Positions 60,590 to 64,000 of a DNA stretch of 64,000 bases are shown in pieces. The notes under the pieces were generated by a model, which saw only the letters and a program-made list of their open reading frames with translations, did no database searches and had not been told where the DNA came from. The stretch's first letter is position 1; each line of letters starts with the position of its first letter. This stretch comes from Sminthopsis crassicaudata (taxonomy: Eukaryota): contig NC_133617.1 in assembly GCF_048593235.1 (NCBI RefSeq), positions 627,358,958 to 627,422,957 of the forward strand, read 5' to 3'. Made by a program: the position numbers and the translations under genes.

Positions 60590-63500
60590 TTTCTCTTTGT
60601 ATCTCTTGCTGTTGGATTGTGTTGGTAATGTATAAAAATGCTGATGATTTATGTGGATTTATTTTTTATCCTGCAACTTTGCTAAAATTCTAAATTATTT
60701 CTAATAGCTTTTTAGCAGAGTCTTTAGGGTTCTTTAAGTATACCATCATGTCATCTGCAAAAAGTGATAATTTGATTTCCTCATTTCCTACTCTGATTCC
60801 TTGAATCTCTTTCTTGGCTCTTATTGCCGAGGCTAGAGTTTCTAGTACTATATTGAATAGTAATGGTGATAGTGGGCAAACTTGTTTCACTCCTGATCTT
60901 ACAGGGAAAGGTTCTAGTTTATCACCATTACATATGATGTTTACTGAAGGTTTTAAATATATGCTCCTTATTATTTTAAGGAATAGTCCATTTATTCCTA
61001 TACTCTCAAGCGTTTTTAGAGGAATGGATGTTAGATTTTATCAAATGCTTTTTCTGCATCTATTGAGATGATCATATGGTTTTTATTAATTTGATTATTA
61101 ATATGGTCAATTATACTAATAGTTTTCCTAATATTAAACCAGCCCTGCATTCCTGGTATTCCCACTTGGTCATAGTGTATTATCCTGGGGATGATTTTCT
61201 GAAATCTATTTGCTAGATATTTCTTATTTAAGATTTTAGCATCAATATTCATTAAGGAAATCGGTCTTTTTTCTCAGTTTTCAATCTACCTGGTTTAGGT
61301 ATCAGTACCATGTCTGTGTCATAAAAGGAATTTGGTAGGACTCCTTCAATCCCTATTTTTTCAAATAGTTTACATAGCATTGAAGTTAGTTGTTTAAATG
61401 TTTGGTAGAATTCACATGTAAATCCATCTGGTCCTGGGGACTTTTTCTTAGGAAGTTGGTTAATAGCTTGTTCTATTTCTTTTTCTGAGATGGGACTATT
61501 TAGACTACTTATTTTTCCTCTGTTAATCTGGGCAAGCTATATTTTTGAGGGTATTCTTCCATTTCATTTAAGTTATCGAATTTATTGGCATAAAGTTGAG
61601 CAAAGTAGCTCCTAACTATTGTTCTAATTTCCTCTTCATTAGTGGTGAGTTCACCCTTTTCATTTTCAAGACTAACTATTTGCTTTTTCTCTTTCCTTTT
61701 TTTAATCAGGTTTACTAAGGGTTTGTCTATTTTGTTGGTTTTTTCATAGAACCAACTCTTAGTTTTATTAATTAATTCAATATTTTTTTTTTTACTTTCA
61801 ATTTTATTAATCTCACCTTTTATTTTTTGAATTTCAAGTTTTGTGTTTGTCTGAGGGTTTTTAATTTGTTCCTTTTCTAGCAATTTTAGTTGTAAGCCCA
61901 ATTTGTTGACCTTCTCTTTCTCTATTTTATGCAAGTAGGCCTGTAGAGATCTAAAACTTCCCCTTATTACTGCTTTGGCTGTATCCCACACATTTTGGTA
62001 TGATGTCTCATTATTGTCATTTTCTTGGGTGAAGTTACTAATTATGTCTATGATTTGCTGTTTTACCCAATCATTCTTCAGTATAAGATTATTTAGTTTC
62101 CAATTATTTTTTGGTCTATTTTCCCCTGGCTTTTTATTAAATGTAATTTTGATTGCATTGTGGTCTGAAAAGGATGCATTTACTATTTCTGCCTTACTGC
62201 ATTTGATTTTGAGGTTTTTATGCCCTAGTATATGATCAATTTTTGTATAGGTTCCATGAACTGCTGAGAAGAAAGTATATTCCTTTCTATCTCCATTTAG
62301 CTTTCACCAAAGATCTATCATATCAAACTTTTCTCCTGTTCTATTTACCTCTTTGACTTCTTTTTTATTTATTTTGTGGTTTGATTTATCTAATTCTGAG
62401 AGTGCAAGGTTGAGATCTCCCACTATTATAGTTTTGCTATCTATTTCTTCTTGCAGCTCTCTTAATTTCTCTTTTAAGAATTTAGATGCTGCACCACTTG
62501 GTGCATATATGTTTAATATTGATACTGCTTCATTATTGATGCTACCCTTTAGCAGGATATAATGCCCTTCCTTATCTCTTTTAATTAGATCAATTTTTGT
62601 TTTTGCTTGATCTGAGATGAGGATGGCTACTCCTGCTTTTTTGGTTTTGCCTGAAGCATAATAGATTCTGCTCCAGCCTTTTACTTTTAGTTTGAATGTA
62701 TCACCCTGTTTCAGGTGTGTTTCCTGTAAACAACATATAGTAGGATTCTGACTTTTAATCCAGTCTGCTAACTGCTTCCTCTTTATGAGGCAGTTTGCCT
62801 CATTCACATTTATGGTTAGAATGACTAATTCTATATTGCTTGCCATCCTATTAACCCCTGCTTGTGCTTTTCCCCTTTCCTTCCCTCTTACCCCCCTACC
62901 CAGTATTAAACTTGTGAACTTGCTTTTCACAGCCCTCCCTTTTTAGTATCCCTCCCCCACCTTAAAGTTCCTCCCCTTATTTTACCCCTTTCCCTCACAA
63001 TTTCTGTATTCCCTTCCCCTTAGCTTACTCCTTCCCTCTCACTTTTCAATGAAGTGGAAGAAGTTTCACCATAAATCGAATATGTCTATTGATACACACT
63101 ATGTTCATCTCCCTCCTTTCTTTCTCTCAGATATAATAGGTTACCTTTGCCTCTTTATGAGATGTAGTACCACCACTTTACACTTTTTTATGATATAATT
63201 TCCTTTCCACCTCTAGTTTCTAAGACAAATTGTACATATGTTCTTTACATATTTTTTCGGCAGAAGTATAGTCCTCAAGATTTCTTTTTACCTTTTTAGA
63301 AATCTCTTGAGTTTTGTATTTGAAGATCAAACATTTTATGTAGGTCTGGTTTTTTCATCAAGAATAGATGGAATTCATTTATTTCGTTAAATGTCCATCT
63401 TCTTCCCTGGAAAACGATGCGCAATCTTGCTGGGTAAGTTATTCTTGGCTGCATACCAAGTTCCTTAGTCTTTCGGAATATCATATTCCAGGCCCTTCGT

Positions 63501-64000
63501 TCTTTTAATGTAGATGCTGCTAGATGCTGGGTTATCCTTATTGTGGCTCCTGCATATCTGAATTGATTTTTTCTAGCAGCTTCCAATATTTTTTCCTTTG
63601 TCTGATGGTTCTTAAACTTGGCCACTATATTTCTTGGCGTTTTGATTTTAGGGTCCCTTTCAGTAGGTGATCGATGAATTTTTTAAATGTCTATTTTACC
63701 CTCTATTTCCAAAACATCTGGGCAGTTCTCTTTGATAATTTCCTCGAAAATAGTGTCCAAGCTCTTTTTTTCCTCACATTTTTCAGGGAGTCCGATTATT
63801 CTCAAATTGTCTCTCCTAGATCTGTTTTCCAGGTCTGTTGTCTTTCTAATAAGGTACTTGACAGTCTTTTCAATTGTTTCATTTCTCTGGTTTTGCTTGA
63901 CTCCCTCTTGGTTTCTCCTTGAGTCATTCATTTCTACTTGTTCGAGTCTAATTTTCAATGATGTATTTTCTTCACTCACTTTTTTTATATCTTTTTGTAA
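60590..64000 (-). mobile_element. Long L1 (ORF1, ORF2 endonuclease and RT), frameshifted, runs off the window end
   Basis: ORF1 pieces DLENRSRRDNLRIIGLPE and GATIRITQHLAASTLKERRAW; EN ICCLQETHLK...LNIYAP...IIVGDLN; [14 protein letters not shown]...[10 protein letters not shown]. Multiple stops and frameshifts. Confidence 0.95.

Overview
Mammalian genomic DNA, and the repeats point to a marsupial, probably a dasyurid (WSINE1-type SINEs, Mar-1/RTE-tailed CORE-SINEs, marsupial L1s). Gene order matches the human 16p11.2 block: MVP (+, last 12 exons; the 5' exons lie upstream of the window), CDIPT (-, 6 exons, 213 aa), SEZ6L2 (-, 18 exons, 920 aa), ASPHD1 (+, 3 exons, 318 aa), KCTD13 (-, 6 exons, 340 aa), then ~7 kb of nested L1. 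All five genes splice with GT-AG boundaries and consistent phases. The main finding, invisible in the ORF track, is a sixth spliced gene on the + strand between CDIPT and SEZ6L2 (~28.86-31.92 kb). It has its own CpG-rich promoter with three RFX X-boxes, six phase-compatible coding exons (151 aa model) and an AATAAA. It lies where human has the CDIPT opposite-strand locus (CDIPTOSP, recalled from memory). Other notable signals: a non-canonical bipartite RE1/NRSE between SEZ6L2 and ASPHD1, predicted overlapping 3' ends of ASPHD1 and KCTD13, and an ASPHD1 that lacks the human N-terminal extension and the first Fe-ligand His. Gene identities rest on recalled protein sequences; no database search was run. 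Two assembly gaps are present.
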